Of a stretch of DNA of 54,917 nucleotides, positions 1-8,557 are shown one piece after another. Numbering within the stretch: the stretch's first letter is position 1; each line of letters starts with the position of its first letter. The DNA lies in the IMG/VR virus record IMGVR_UViG_3300042402_002325, positions 1 to 54,917 of that record. One strand, given 5' to 3'. The stretch is from a virus. Taxonomy: Duplodnaviria; Caudoviricetes. The notes below the pieces were generated by a model. That model was given only the letters and a program-made list of their open reading frames with translations. It was not told the DNA's origin and made no database searches. A program made the position numbers and the translations under genes.

Positions 1-570
1 CCTGAAGAAAACCCATGGACTGAGCCAGATGTAGAAATTAAAGATGAAGTTTTAGCAGAACTTATTCCTGAAAAGGGTACTGGGACAGCAGAAGACTTGT
101 CTGGAGTTATTGCTAACCTTACAAGCAAAGATAATAAGCTAGTTACTCTTTCTGCTGAACAAATTACAGCAGTAAGTCAAACCCTTAAAGCATTGACGCA
201 AGAAGCAAAGGTAGAAGTTGCAGAAGATCTTGGTATCAAACCATCAGAAGTTGCACAAATTGCTGAGCAGATGAAATCTAACCCAGCACTTGCTGAAGCA
301 TTTGTTGAGTTTACTGACAGAGCAGGATCTGCAGGGGATACACCAATGCCATTTACATTAGCAGATGCAGTAACAGAAGTACAAACAGAAGCATTTTTAG
401 CAGATCCAATTGGGGCAGTGCTTGATGTAGATGTAGCAGAATTACTATCTAATTTCTCTGAATTAGGTAGCGATATGACAGATGATCAGAGAGAGAAAGC
501 CCAAGAAGTCATTATTCCAGTAATCATTGTTTCACAGATTGCTAATATGATGATTGGTATGAGGAGGTAA
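1..570 (+). CDS. C-terminal part of a large acidic protein with a C-terminal hydrophobic segment (5'-truncated by window)
   Basis: Frame is open from base 1; ends VIIPVIIVSQIA; packed tightly against the next ORF. Confidence 0.75.
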   Translation, partial: PEENPWTEPDVEIKDEVLAELIPEKGTGTAEDLSGVIANLTSKDNKLVTLSAEQITAVSQTLKALTQEAKVEVAEDLGIKPSEVAQIAEQMKSNPALAEAFVEFTDRAGSAGDTPMPFTLADAVTEVQTEAFLADPIGAVLDVDVAELLSNFSELGSDMTDDQREKAQEVIIPVIIVSQIANMMIGMRR

Positions 571-571
571 T

Positions 572-778
572 ATGAAAATAATCAAAAAAGTTGTGAAGGG
601 ATTCTTCACATGGCTGAAAGACGCTGGAGTTGAAATAATCGCACAAGCTTTTACTCTCCTTGGCTTCTTTATTGCATGGCTAACATTAACAGGATCAGCC
701 AGAGACATTGTTGGGATTGCAGTGCTTGCAACCACAGTTGTATGGCTAATCACAATACCACTACGAAAGGAAAAATAA
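572..778 (+). CDS. small two-TM membrane protein
   Basis: GAGGAGG RBS; two hydrophobic helices. Confidence 0.7.
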   Translation: MKIIKKVVKGFFTWLKDAGVEIIAQAFTLLGFFIAWLTLTGSARDIVGIAVLATTVVWLITIPLRKEK

Positions 779-779
779 A

Positions 780-1067
780 ATGACAACTAGAAAAAAGGTA
801 GTAGAAGCTCCAAAAAAGGAGCACCCACAAAAAGCTTTGACAAATGTTTTGATGCGTATCGTAGCAGTCTTTGCTGCTTCTGGTCTATCAGTACTTGGTG
901 CTGGAGCAGTAGTAGGAATTGATACAATTCAGGCAGTAATGCTTGCAGGTCTATTAGGCGTGGCAACAGTTATTGAAAGACTGGCACGAGCTTTTTTGGA
1001 CGATGGCAAGCTTACTATCGCAGAAATAAATGATGCATTTAAAACTGTAGATAAAAAAGCTAATTAG
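780..1067 (+). CDS. small membrane protein (holin-like)
   Basis: AAGGA RBS; two hydrophobic helices, charged termini. Confidence 0.65.
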   Translation: MTTRKKVVEAPKKEHPQKALTNVLMRIVAVFAASGLSVLGAGAVVGIDTIQAVMLAGLLGVATVIERLARAFLDDGKLTIAEINDAFKTVDKKAN

Positions 1068-1139
1068 TCATATTTTAGGCTAATTGACACTCGTGCCTAC
1101 CTCTGGTATACTGGTAATACAGTAAACTTAGGGGTAGGC

Positions 1140-1658
1140 ATGACTTGTATTGCAGGAATAATGAAGGACGGTAAGGTATACCTTGCTGGAGAACGTGGTG
1201 CCTCTGAGGGTAGCTACATAGTACCAATTGATAAACCAAAGGTATGGAAGTCAGGACCTTATGTTTTTGGTTTTGCAGGAACATTTGATGGACAGATTAT
1301 TCAATACAACTTTGTTCCACCTGCATTAGAGGGCAACCCTGATAAGTTTATGCATGGAAAATTCTTAAAATCACTAAAGGCTTTTTACAGTGAGTGGGAT
1401 ATTGGCGGTAAAGATAGCGAACTATCCCTATTGATTGGAGTAAAAGGAAAGCTGTATGAACATGATGCAGATGGCCTTACATTGGTTTCCTATGACAGAG
1501 ACTTCTGTGCTATAGGATCTGGAGCAGACTTCGCTATGGGTTCTCTTCATGCTACCCAAAATCATAAAGATCCCAAGCGTCGTCTGACTCTGGCACTAAA
1601 TGCAGCGGTTGCATACAGCACATCTTGTATTGGTCCAGTTGACATCATTCAGGGATAA
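1140..1658 (+). CDS. HslV/proteasome-beta-like Ntn protease
   Basis: N-terminal M-T-CIAG (Thr nucleophile), K-V-W, GFAG, AIGSGADFAMG motifs. Confidence 0.8.
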   Translation: MTCIAGIMKDGKVYLAGERGASEGSYIVPIDKPKVWKSGPYVFGFAGTFDGQIIQYNFVPPALEGNPDKFMHGKFLKSLKAFYSEWDIGGKDSELSLLIGVKGKLYEHDADGLTLVSYDRDFCAIGSGADFAMGSLHATQNHKDPKRRLTLALNAAVAYSTSCIGPVDIIQG

Positions 1659-1673
1659 GGGTATACTTATAAT

Positions 1674-1892
1674 ATGAACGAAGAGTTTGAAGAAATATTA
1701 AAAGATATTCAGGCATTGGAGTCTGACTATGATGAATTTGAAATCTGGATGGAAAATGGAATCAAGCGTGGCTGGATAACAGAACCATTTTGTAACACAC
1801 ACGAAGGTGACAGTTACATGACAGATGAAGAAATGCAAGAGTGGGAAGAGGGCGGAGACCCTTGTCAAGTAGTTTTTAAAATCAAACAATAA
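1674..1892 (+). CDS. small acidic hypothetical protein (CNTH...DPC)
   Basis: ORF with -10 TATACT just upstream. Confidence 0.7.
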   Translation: MNEEFEEILKDIQALESDYDEFEIWMENGIKRGWITEPFCNTHEGDSYMTDEEMQEWEEGGDPCQVVFKIKQ

Positions 1893-1917
1893 CAACAAAT
1901 AAAAAAGGGGTAACAAA

Positions 1918-2772
1918 ATGAAGAAACTAGTAATCGTAGCACTATCCGCAGTACTTGCACTAATGGCTGTTGAGCCAGCAAATGCACAAGCAGCACCAAC
2001 AATTGCAATTATTGACTCTGCAGTTGACTCATCAAAGGTTAAAAATATTGTTCATGAAGTATGTTTTACAACAAATGCTTCATGTTTAAATAAAACTAAT
2101 TATCAAGATGGTAAGGGATCAGCAGGTGTTCTAAGATGGACATCAAGCCTGGATCACGGAAATCGTGTCGCTCAAGCTGCACTTTTTGCCAACCCAAATG
2201 TAAAGATTGTATTTATTAGAATCGCTAACGAAGAAGCTAAAATGGATCGTTTGGACAGCATTTCACGTCAACAGGCAATGAACTGGATTGCACTAAATGC
2301 AAAAACATTTGGTATTACTGCAGTTTCAATAAGCGCATCTCTTGGAGTTAATACACAGGCATCTTGCCAAGTATACGGACTAACTACATCTGATATAAAA
2401 AATAAAGCAAAGCAGTCTTCTCTTTACTCTCAGTTTAAATCTTCAGTAGATACCTTGTCTGCAAATGGTGTTTTAGTATTTGCAGCAGCAGGAAACAATG
2501 GTGTTAGTGGTCTTGGATTTCCAGCATGCATTGACACAGTTGTATCTGTAGGAGCTACAAGACTTAGTGGAACAGCTTTTGCAAGCTATAGTAATCGTGG
2601 ACCAAATCTAAAGGCTGTTGCTAGAGGTGATGCACCTGAACTAGGTTCTGGAACTTCTATTGCTACTCCAATTGCTGCTGTCTTTACAGTAACAAACATT
2701 AATGGCAGATCTTTGAGCCAGTTTATGCAAACACTTCCAAATAAAATTGGATATCCACAGTTTAATAACTAA
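1918..2772 (+). CDS. secreted subtilisin-like S8 serine protease
   Basis: Signal peptide; triad motifs AIIDS, HGNRV, GSGTSIATP; oxyanion AAAGNN. Confidence 0.9.
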   Translation: MKKLVIVALSAVLALMAVEPANAQAAPTIAIIDSAVDSSKVKNIVHEVCFTTNASCLNKTNYQDGKGSAGVLRWTSSLDHGNRVAQAALFANPNVKIVFIRIANEEAKMDRLDSISRQQAMNWIALNAKTFGITAVSISASLGVNTQASCQVYGLTTSDIKNKAKQSSLYSQFKSSVDTLSANGVLVFAAAGNNGVSGLGFPACIDTVVSVGATRLSGTAFASYSNRGPNLKAVARGDAPELGSGTSIATPIAAVFTVTNINGRSLSQFMQTLPNKIGYPQFNN

Positions 2773-2783
2773 GTAAAAGGTTT

Positions 2784-2856
2784 TGGTCTGTAGCTCAGTT
2801 GGCAGAGCGGGGCACTGTTAATGCCCATGTCGCAAGTTCAAGTCTTGCCAGACCAG
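2784..2856 (+). tRNA. tRNA-Asn(GTT)
   Basis: Acceptor TGGTCTG/CAGACCA, anticodon arm GGGCA-CTGTTAA-TGCCC, T-loop TTCAAGT; no encoded CCA. Confidence 0.95.
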
Positions 2857-2928
2857 CAAAAGTTTGATATAATATATATGTACTGCCTACGGGGGTACAC
2901 TAACTTATTCGCTTGAAAGGGGAATAAC

Positions 2929-3360
2929 ATGGTAACAAAGTACGCTATGGATCTATTCAATGATCCTTTTTTTATTGGCTTCAATAGGGAGCTAAATCGC
3001 TTAAATAGAGCATATCAAACAAATTCACAATCGTATCCTCCATACAATATTGTAAAACTAGAGGAAGACTCATATCTAGTTTCTATCGCCGTTGCTGGAT
3101 TTTCTAAAGATAACTTAGAGATTACATTAGATGATAGAACATTGTTGGTTAAGGGAGAGATTGAGGATAATACTGATGGAAGAAAAAAGTATCCAGAAGT
3201 TATCCACAATGGAATTGCAGGTCGTAAATTTACACGATCATTTGCACTAGGAGAATATATGGAGATCACTAGTGCTGAGCTAAAGGACGGTATGTTAAGT
3301 TTGCAGGTTGACCGTATCGTTCCAGAAGACAAAAAGCCAAAGACAATCAAAATCAAGTAG
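2929..3360 (+). CDS. small heat shock protein Hsp20/IbpA family
   Basis: YPPYNIVK, IAVAGF, GIAGRKFTRSF, AELKDGML, VPEDKKPKTIKI motifs. Confidence 0.95.
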   Translation: MVTKYAMDLFNDPFFIGFNRELNRLNRAYQTNSQSYPPYNIVKLEEDSYLVSIAVAGFSKDNLEITLDDRTLLVKGEIEDNTDGRKKYPEVIHNGIAGRKFTRSFALGEYMEITSAELKDGMLSLQVDRIVPEDKKPKTIKIK

Positions 3361-3371
3361 TACAATATAGT

Positions 3372-3458
3372 AGTCCCCACACAGGACCTTAGTGATGGAT
3401 TAGTTACCCATTGGATAGAGACCGTGGCGCAAGTCAGGTGAATTGCCTGTGTGGGGCT
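3372..3458 (+). ncRNA. candidate structured ncRNA
   Basis: 11-bp closing stem CCCCACACAGG/CCTGTGTGGGG enclosing two hairpins, one with a GCAA tetraloop; TACAAT 5 nt upstream; T-run downstream. Confidence 0.6.
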
Positions 3459-3482
3459 TTTAATATGTGATATAATCAATTT

Positions 3483-4283
3483 ATGAAATCTATATACGAC
3501 ATCAGTCTTCACTCAGCTGAAGGCGCTCCAAACTTTTTAGAACAATATAAAGGAAAGGTAACTATGGTTGTTAATACAACTGTAGGGTGTGGCAATGCAA
3601 ACCAGCTTGAGCCGTTGCAATGGCTACAAGAAAAATACCAAGATCAAGGATTTGCGATAATTGCTATCCCAACCAATGATTATTGTGGTCCAGGAGTTAC
3701 AAAAGGTAAGTGGGCCAAAGGTATAACATGCGGTCTAGATTCACAACAATATGGACAAGAAGTTTACAATACAACCTTTAATTATTCAGAAATCGTAGGT
3801 TCAAACCCCAACGATCTTGCAAATGAGTATAGCGATCATAAGGGTGATCCATCAGTAAATGGATTAGGACAGCCAGTTGGCGAACCACACGAACTATATA
3901 AAGAAATTGGACAGCAAGCTTTGGAGTTATGGAATGTTGCACAAACAATTCCAGGTGCAATAGGAAAAAATGATTATCTATCTCCGTGGCTAAACATGGG
4001 ATTCTATGGTGGTGCACAAATGAGTGGAAACTTTGAAAAATATTTAATTGATTCAGACGGCTATTTAATGAAACATTTTACATGTACTGCTTTAAATTAT
4101 GATATTGAAAAAACTCTTAAAGAAGCATTAATTGAAGCTGGAACTCCAGCTGAAATGGGTGAAGGAAGAACTCCTGAAGTTTTTGCAGAAGAGTTTGCAG
4201 TTATATCTGAAGAAATAGAAAAAGCATTATCAGGTGAAAAATCATTTTTAAATCCAAATGCAAAAGTATTATCTAGCTTATAA
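3483..4283 (+). CDS. glutathione peroxidase (BtuE/GPx)-family protein with insertions
   Basis: YKGKVTMVVNTTVGCG, IPTNDY, NFEKYLID motifs. Confidence 0.8.
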   Translation: MKSIYDISLHSAEGAPNFLEQYKGKVTMVVNTTVGCGNANQLEPLQWLQEKYQDQGFAIIAIPTNDYCGPGVTKGKWAKGITCGLDSQQYGQEVYNTTFNYSEIVGSNPNDLANEYSDHKGDPSVNGLGQPVGEPHELYKEIGQQALELWNVAQTIPGAIGKNDYLSPWLNMGFYGGAQMSGNFEKYLIDSDGYLMKHFTCTALNYDIEKTLKEALIEAGTPAEMGEGRTPEVFAEEFAVISEEIEKALSGEKSFLNPNAKVLSSL

Positions 4284-4305
4284 AATTTGATATACTGATG
4301 TCAAG

Positions 4306-4581
4306 ATGACTGACAAAAAAATATTAAATTATAACAAGCAACAATTTAAAAAGCAGCTGTCAGAAATAAAAGAAAAATCTGGCTGTGTAGACTGCGGTAT
4401 AAACAATCCAATAGTGTTAGATTTTGATCACCTACAAGATAAAAAATACAACGTATCAAGGATGATTCATGATGGATTTTCTTGGGCAGCCATAAAAAAA
4501 GAGATAGCAAAATGCGAAGTAGTATGTGCTAACTGTCATAGAATCAGAACCCATTATCGTTTGACACACAAAGCCTCCTAA
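4306..4581 (+). CDS. small HNH-type endonuclease-like protein
   Basis: CVDCG...FDHL...CEVVCANCHR. Confidence 0.75.
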   Translation: MTDKKILNYNKQQFKKQLSEIKEKSGCVDCGINNPIVLDFDHLQDKKYNVSRMIHDGFSWAAIKKEIAKCEVVCANCHRIRTHYRLTHKAS

Positions 4582-4615
4582 TGCTATAATAGATAGATAC
4601 CTATAGGAGGGTAAA

Positions 4616-5269
4616 ATGGCAACTAAAGGATCACTAGAAGCAATCATTGATATTGCAAAGAAAGAAGTGGGCACAATTGAAGGCCCAAAGGATAACGAAA
4701 CAAAGTATGGTGCATGGATTAAGGTAAACTTCCAGCCATGGTGCCAATCATTTGTTTCTTGGTGTGCATTTACTGCGGGAGTAAAATCATTTCCAAAGTC
4801 TGCATCAACAGTTCAAGCAGCAGATTGGTTTAAGAAGAATGAGCGTTGGTCAGATGCTCGTAACGATGACCCAACTCCAGGAGACTGGATCTATTTTGAT
4901 TTCCCAGATGATGGTGTAAATCGTATTTCACATGTTGGTCTGTGCATTAAGAACAACGGCGATGGAACAATCCAAGTTATTGAAGGAAATACTTCAGGAA
5001 CTGCAAAGGGAGATCAGCGAAATGGCGGTATGTGTGTAGAGAAGACTCGTGCATATGTAAAGAACAATAAGAAGAAGTTAGTTAATGCTGTAGTTGGTTG
5101 GGGCCGTCCAGTTTATACTGGTGAAGAAAATGCTCCACTACTAAACAAGATTGCAGCTTCGGTTGCACCAACACCTGTTAAGACTACATCTCCAGATGCT
5201 GCAAAGAAGGCTGCAAAGCCTGTTGTTAAGAAGCCATCTGGTGGCGGAAAGTCAAGCCAGGTAAAGTAA
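4616..5269 (+). CDS. CHAP-domain amidase (endolysin)
   Basis: PWCQSFVSW (Cys), HVGL (His), IEGNT; basic low-complexity tail. Confidence 0.9.
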   Translation: MATKGSLEAIIDIAKKEVGTIEGPKDNETKYGAWIKVNFQPWCQSFVSWCAFTAGVKSFPKSASTVQAADWFKKNERWSDARNDDPTPGDWIYFDFPDDGVNRISHVGLCIKNNGDGTIQVIEGNTSGTAKGDQRNGGMCVEKTRAYVKNNKKKLVNAVVGWGRPVYTGEENAPLLNKIAASVAPTPVKTTSPDAAKKAAKPVVKKPSGGGKSSQVK

Positions 5270-5470
5270 ATGGAGTCAACTAAAAAGAGCTCAATTAAAA
5301 CTTTAAGTTGGGAAACATTTCATCTTGTAGTTCTTGCTGGTATTGTATTTTTGTTTACTGGAGAATGGGAATATGCAACTCTAGGTGCACTAATGTATAT
5401 AGCATTTGAAGCTGCAGGATACTTTATACATGAAAGACTTTGGTCAAGGTTTGGAAATAAGATTAAATAA
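5270..5470 (+). CDS. DUF2061-like small membrane protein
   Basis: KKSSIKTLSW...YFIHERLW pattern. Confidence 0.75.
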   Translation: MESTKKSSIKTLSWETFHLVVLAGIVFLFTGEWEYATLGALMYIAFEAAGYFIHERLWSRFGNKIK

Positions 5471-6090
5471 TGATTTCACAAAGTGAACCAAAAATTTACC
5501 CAACATCAATGCCTGGAGCAGGAATTGCTATATACGAAAACGTATGGGAAAATCCTTTACAGTCTATTAAAGATATAGAGATGCTGTGCAGTAATGAAGG
5601 TTCAAACATTAGTTTTGTGAGTTCTGAAGTAATTGAAGACCCTAAAGACGAACAACATAGAAAAACTAAGTATAGAACAAGTAAAGAAATCAGCATATCT
5701 AGACACAAGGATAACAAGTATATTAAAGAGTTTGACGATAAATGTAATGCAGTTATTGATTTGTGCTTAGATTCATATAGACAGCAAATGATGATGGGGC
5801 AGGAACCCTATAATGCTGAGGGTTTTTATTTGTTAAAATACGATGTTGGTGATTATTTTAATTCACATTACGACACTCATCCAACATACAAAAGATCTGT
5901 GTCTGTTTTAATTTATCTCAATGATGATTATGAGGGTGGAGAAATAGAGTTTTTTCATTTTAATACAAAGATCAAACCTAAAGCAGGAACAGTAATCTTG
6001 TTTCCGCCCAACTATCCGTATAGACACATTGCTCATCCAGTTACTAGTGGAACAAAGTATGCAGTAGTAACTTGGTATCACGAAAGGTAG
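5470..6090 (+). CDS. 2OG-Fe(II) oxygenase, prolyl-4-hydroxylase-like
   Basis: HYD...YLNDDYEGGE...H...KY. Confidence 0.9.
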   Translation: MISQSEPKIYPTSMPGAGIAIYENVWENPLQSIKDIEMLCSNEGSNISFVSSEVIEDPKDEQHRKTKYRTSKEISISRHKDNKYIKEFDDKCNAVIDLCLDSYRQQMMMGQEPYNAEGFYLLKYDVGDYFNSHYDTHPTYKRSVSVLIYLNDDYEGGEIEFFHFNTKIKPKAGTVILFPPNYPYRHIAHPVTSGTKYAVVTWYHER

Positions 6091-6093
6091 AAT

Positions 6094-6276
6094 ATGGCTA
6101 TTTATGAATATGATTGTATGCCTTGTGCAAAACGGTACACAAAAGAACGATCTATTAAGGAAAATGATCCTGGATACACTTGTGAGACTTGCAATGCTTC
6201 TCTTGTTCGTGTATACTCTAATGTAGGAGCAGTTTTTAACGGTACTGGATTTTATTCCACTGACAATAGAAAGTAA
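6094..6276 (+). CDS. FmdB-family zinc-ribbon protein
   Basis: MAIYEYDCxxC...CxxC...FNGTGFYSTD. Confidence 0.85.
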   Translation: MAIYEYDCMPCAKRYTKERSIKENDPGYTCETCNASLVRVYSNVGAVFNGTGFYSTDNRK

Positions 6277-6285
6277 GAGTATACT

Positions 6286-6543
6286 ATGACTACAATGATT
6301 AAAGATGAAGCTGTAAAGTTAGACTGGACATTAAAGGCAACAGATCGTTGTGATTCTTGTGCAGCAGAAGCACTAGTTCAAGTAACAGGCATTGAGGGAA
6401 TACTAATGTTTTGTGGGCATCACTATAACAGCATAATGAATAATCCAGATAGTTATAAAAAAATGATGTCTTTTGCAATAACGATACTTGATGAGCGTGA
6501 CAAGCTTATTGAAAACAAAGCAAAAGAAGAGCCACACGCATGA
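6286..6543 (+). CDS. small actinobacterial-type Zn-binding protein
   Basis: ATDRCDSC...LMFCGHH. Confidence 0.7.
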   Translation: MTTMIKDEAVKLDWTLKATDRCDSCAAEALVQVTGIEGILMFCGHHYNSIMNNPDSYKKMMSFAITILDERDKLIENKAKEEPHA

Positions 6544-7301
6544 TCATTCAGATTATTGGACTGCCTGGCTCTGGTAAAACAGAATTAGCAAAAGCACTAA
6601 AAGAACGTATTAACGCTATTCATCTTAATGCAGATGAGGTCCGTGCAACAGTTAACTCAGATCTTGGATTTACATCAGAAGATCGTATTGAGCAAGCAAG
6701 ACGCATGGGAGAGATGGCAAGACTTATTGCTAAGCAAGGTGTTGCTCCAGTCATCGTTGACTTTGTTTGTCCAACAGACCTAACTCGTGTAGCATTTGGC
6801 AAGCCAGACATTTTGGTATTCATGGACACAATCGCAGAGGGTCGCTTTGAAGACACAAATAAAATGTTTGAAAGACCAACAGAGTTTGATGTATCATTTA
6901 TTAGTCACAACTTAGATGCAGAAGCAAAGGCATCTCATATCATTGATAAGTTTAGTCTTCATGACTGGTCTGCACCTACAACTCTTATGCTGGGTAGGTA
7001 TCAGCCTTGGCACGAAGGCCACCACGCCCTTTACAAAGAGGCTGGAAAGAGAACTGACCAAGTACTTCTTGGAGTCCGCAATACCTACAATACAAGTGAG
7101 AAAGATCCACTTAAGTTTGATCAGGTAAAAGAATATATTGCCAAGGATGAATTTATGGATGGCGCATTAGTATTAAGATTACCTAACATTACTAACATTG
7201 TTTATGGTCGTGATGTGGGATATAAAATTGAGCAAGTAGATTTGGGGGCAGACATTCATGCTATATCGGCTACGCAAAAACGTAAAGAGATGGGTATTTA
7301 A
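6540..7301 (+). CDS. adenylylsulfate kinase-like P-loop domain fused to an HxGH nucleotidyltransferase domain
   Basis: GLPGSGKT, DLGFTSEDR; C-terminal LGRYQPWHEGH...ISAT. Confidence 0.8.
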   Translation: MIIQIIGLPGSGKTELAKALKERINAIHLNADEVRATVNSDLGFTSEDRIEQARRMGEMARLIAKQGVAPVIVDFVCPTDLTRVAFGKPDILVFMDTIAEGRFEDTNKMFERPTEFDVSFISHNLDAEAKASHIIDKFSLHDWSAPTTLMLGRYQPWHEGHHALYKEAGKRTDQVLLGVRNTYNTSEKDPLKFDQVKEYIAKDEFMDGALVLRLPNITNIVYGRDVGYKIEQVDLGADIHAISATQKRKEMGI

Positions 7302-7340
7302 AGTTTGGAACATGATTACTAAGGGACCTAAAAATATGGA

Positions 7341-7553
7341 GTGGCCAGCATGAATGTGTCCAAAAAAAGATCAGCAACAAAAGCAATTACATGGCGTATA
7401 ATTGGAACTGCAGATACATTTGTTATTGCCTGGCTTATAACCAAAGAGCCAGTTACAGCAGGTGCAATCGCAAGTTTTGAGGTAGTTACAAAAACAATCC
7501 TTTATTACTTCCATGAGCGTGGCTGGAATAAAGTTAAATGGGGGAGAAAATAA
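7341..7553 (+). CDS. DUF2061-like small membrane protein
   Basis: KRSATKAITWRIIGTADT...YYFHERGW. Confidence 0.8.
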   Translation: MASMNVSKKRSATKAITWRIIGTADTFVIAWLITKEPVTAGAIASFEVVTKTILYYFHERGWNKVKWGRK

Positions 7554-7960
7554 TGTATGAATACTATGTAAGAAAAGTAGAGAACGTAGTAGATGGAGAC
7601 ACTATTGATGTTTTAATTGATTTAGGATTTGACATCCTGTTCTCATCTCGTGTTAGACTAGCTGGTATTGATACCCCTGAGTCTCGCACAAAGGATCTAA
7701 AAGAAAAAGCATTAGGGCTTGAGTCCAAGGAGTATTTAAAAAAGGCTTTAAAGGATGCCAAGTCTGTTGTGATTAAGACTGAGAAAATGGATTCATCTGA
7801 AAAGTATGGTCGCATTTTGGGATGGGTATATATTAATGGAGACACAGCATCTCTTAATGACATGATGATTAATGACGGGTATGCATGGGGATACCTAGGT
7901 GATACCAAGGTAAAAGATTTTGATGCTCTTGCAAAGGCTAGAAAGAAGTCTGGCAAGTGA
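7553..7960 (+). CDS. SNase-like thermonuclease
   Basis: VVDGDTID, RVRLAGIDTPE, KYGRILG; start placed at the TAATG overlap. Confidence 0.9.
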   Translation: MYEYYVRKVENVVDGDTIDVLIDLGFDILFSSRVRLAGIDTPESRTKDLKEKALGLESKEYLKKALKDAKSVVIKTEKMDSSEKYGRILGWVYINGDTASLNDMMINDGYAWGYLGDTKVKDFDALAKARKKSGK

Positions 7961-8208
7961 GTCACGTACTATACTTTACTGCTGAATGGTGTAATCCTTG
8001 TCAGCGTACCAGACCAATAGCAGAAGAGCTAAAAAAAGATGGAGTGATTGATTTTATTTTTGTTGATGCAGATACAGAAATAGATCTACTTAAAAAGTTT
8101 GGTATCAAGTCTGTACCAACCTACGTACTTCTAGAAGATGGCAGAGAAGTAAAACGTATGAATGGTGCAAAGACTCGTCAAGAGTTCCTGGACTTTGTAG
8201 ATGTTTGA
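7957..8208 (+). CDS. thioredoxin
   Basis: FTAEWCNPC active site, SVPT. Confidence 0.9.
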   Translation: MSHVLYFTAEWCNPCQRTRPIAEELKKDGVIDFIFVDADTEIDLLKKFGIKSVPTYVLLEDGREVKRMNGAKTRQEFLDFVDV

Positions 8209-8545
8209 TGATGACTCTATTAGTAAAATAATAGATAACCTTATTCTTGAGGGTGGCATAGAGGTCGCTGGCGTAGACCCTGATACTGGGGAAATGTTAT
8301 ACTCTTTTACTCCAAAGGTCAAAGAAATAATGCCAGAATTGTATCATGACCACCTTAACTTTGTTAATGCTGAGCTTATGGTGCTTTGGGAAAAAGGATA
8401 TGTTGACATAGACTTTCTTCAAGATGACCCTCTAATATCATTAACTAAAAAATCTTATAACCAAGAAGAGGTCGCAAAGCTTTCCAAACAAGAGAAGTGG
8501 TCTCTTCAAGAGCTAAAAAGAGTCGTAAAGCCAAAAGAATTCTGA
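8201..8545 (+). CDS. hypothetical protein
   Basis: ORF overlapping upstream gene in operon. Confidence 0.7.
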   Translation: MFDDDSISKIIDNLILEGGIEVAGVDPDTGEMLYSFTPKVKEIMPELYHDHLNFVNAELMVLWEKGYVDIDFLQDDPLISLTKKSYNQEEVAKLSKQEKWSLQELKRVVKPKEF

Positions 8546-8557
8546 TATAATCGTTAT

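Noticed and set aside
3372-3458. Sixth tRNA or hammerhead ribozyme
   Set aside because: No TTC T-loop or cloverleaf and no CTGANGA/GAAA core; kept as an unknown ncRNA.
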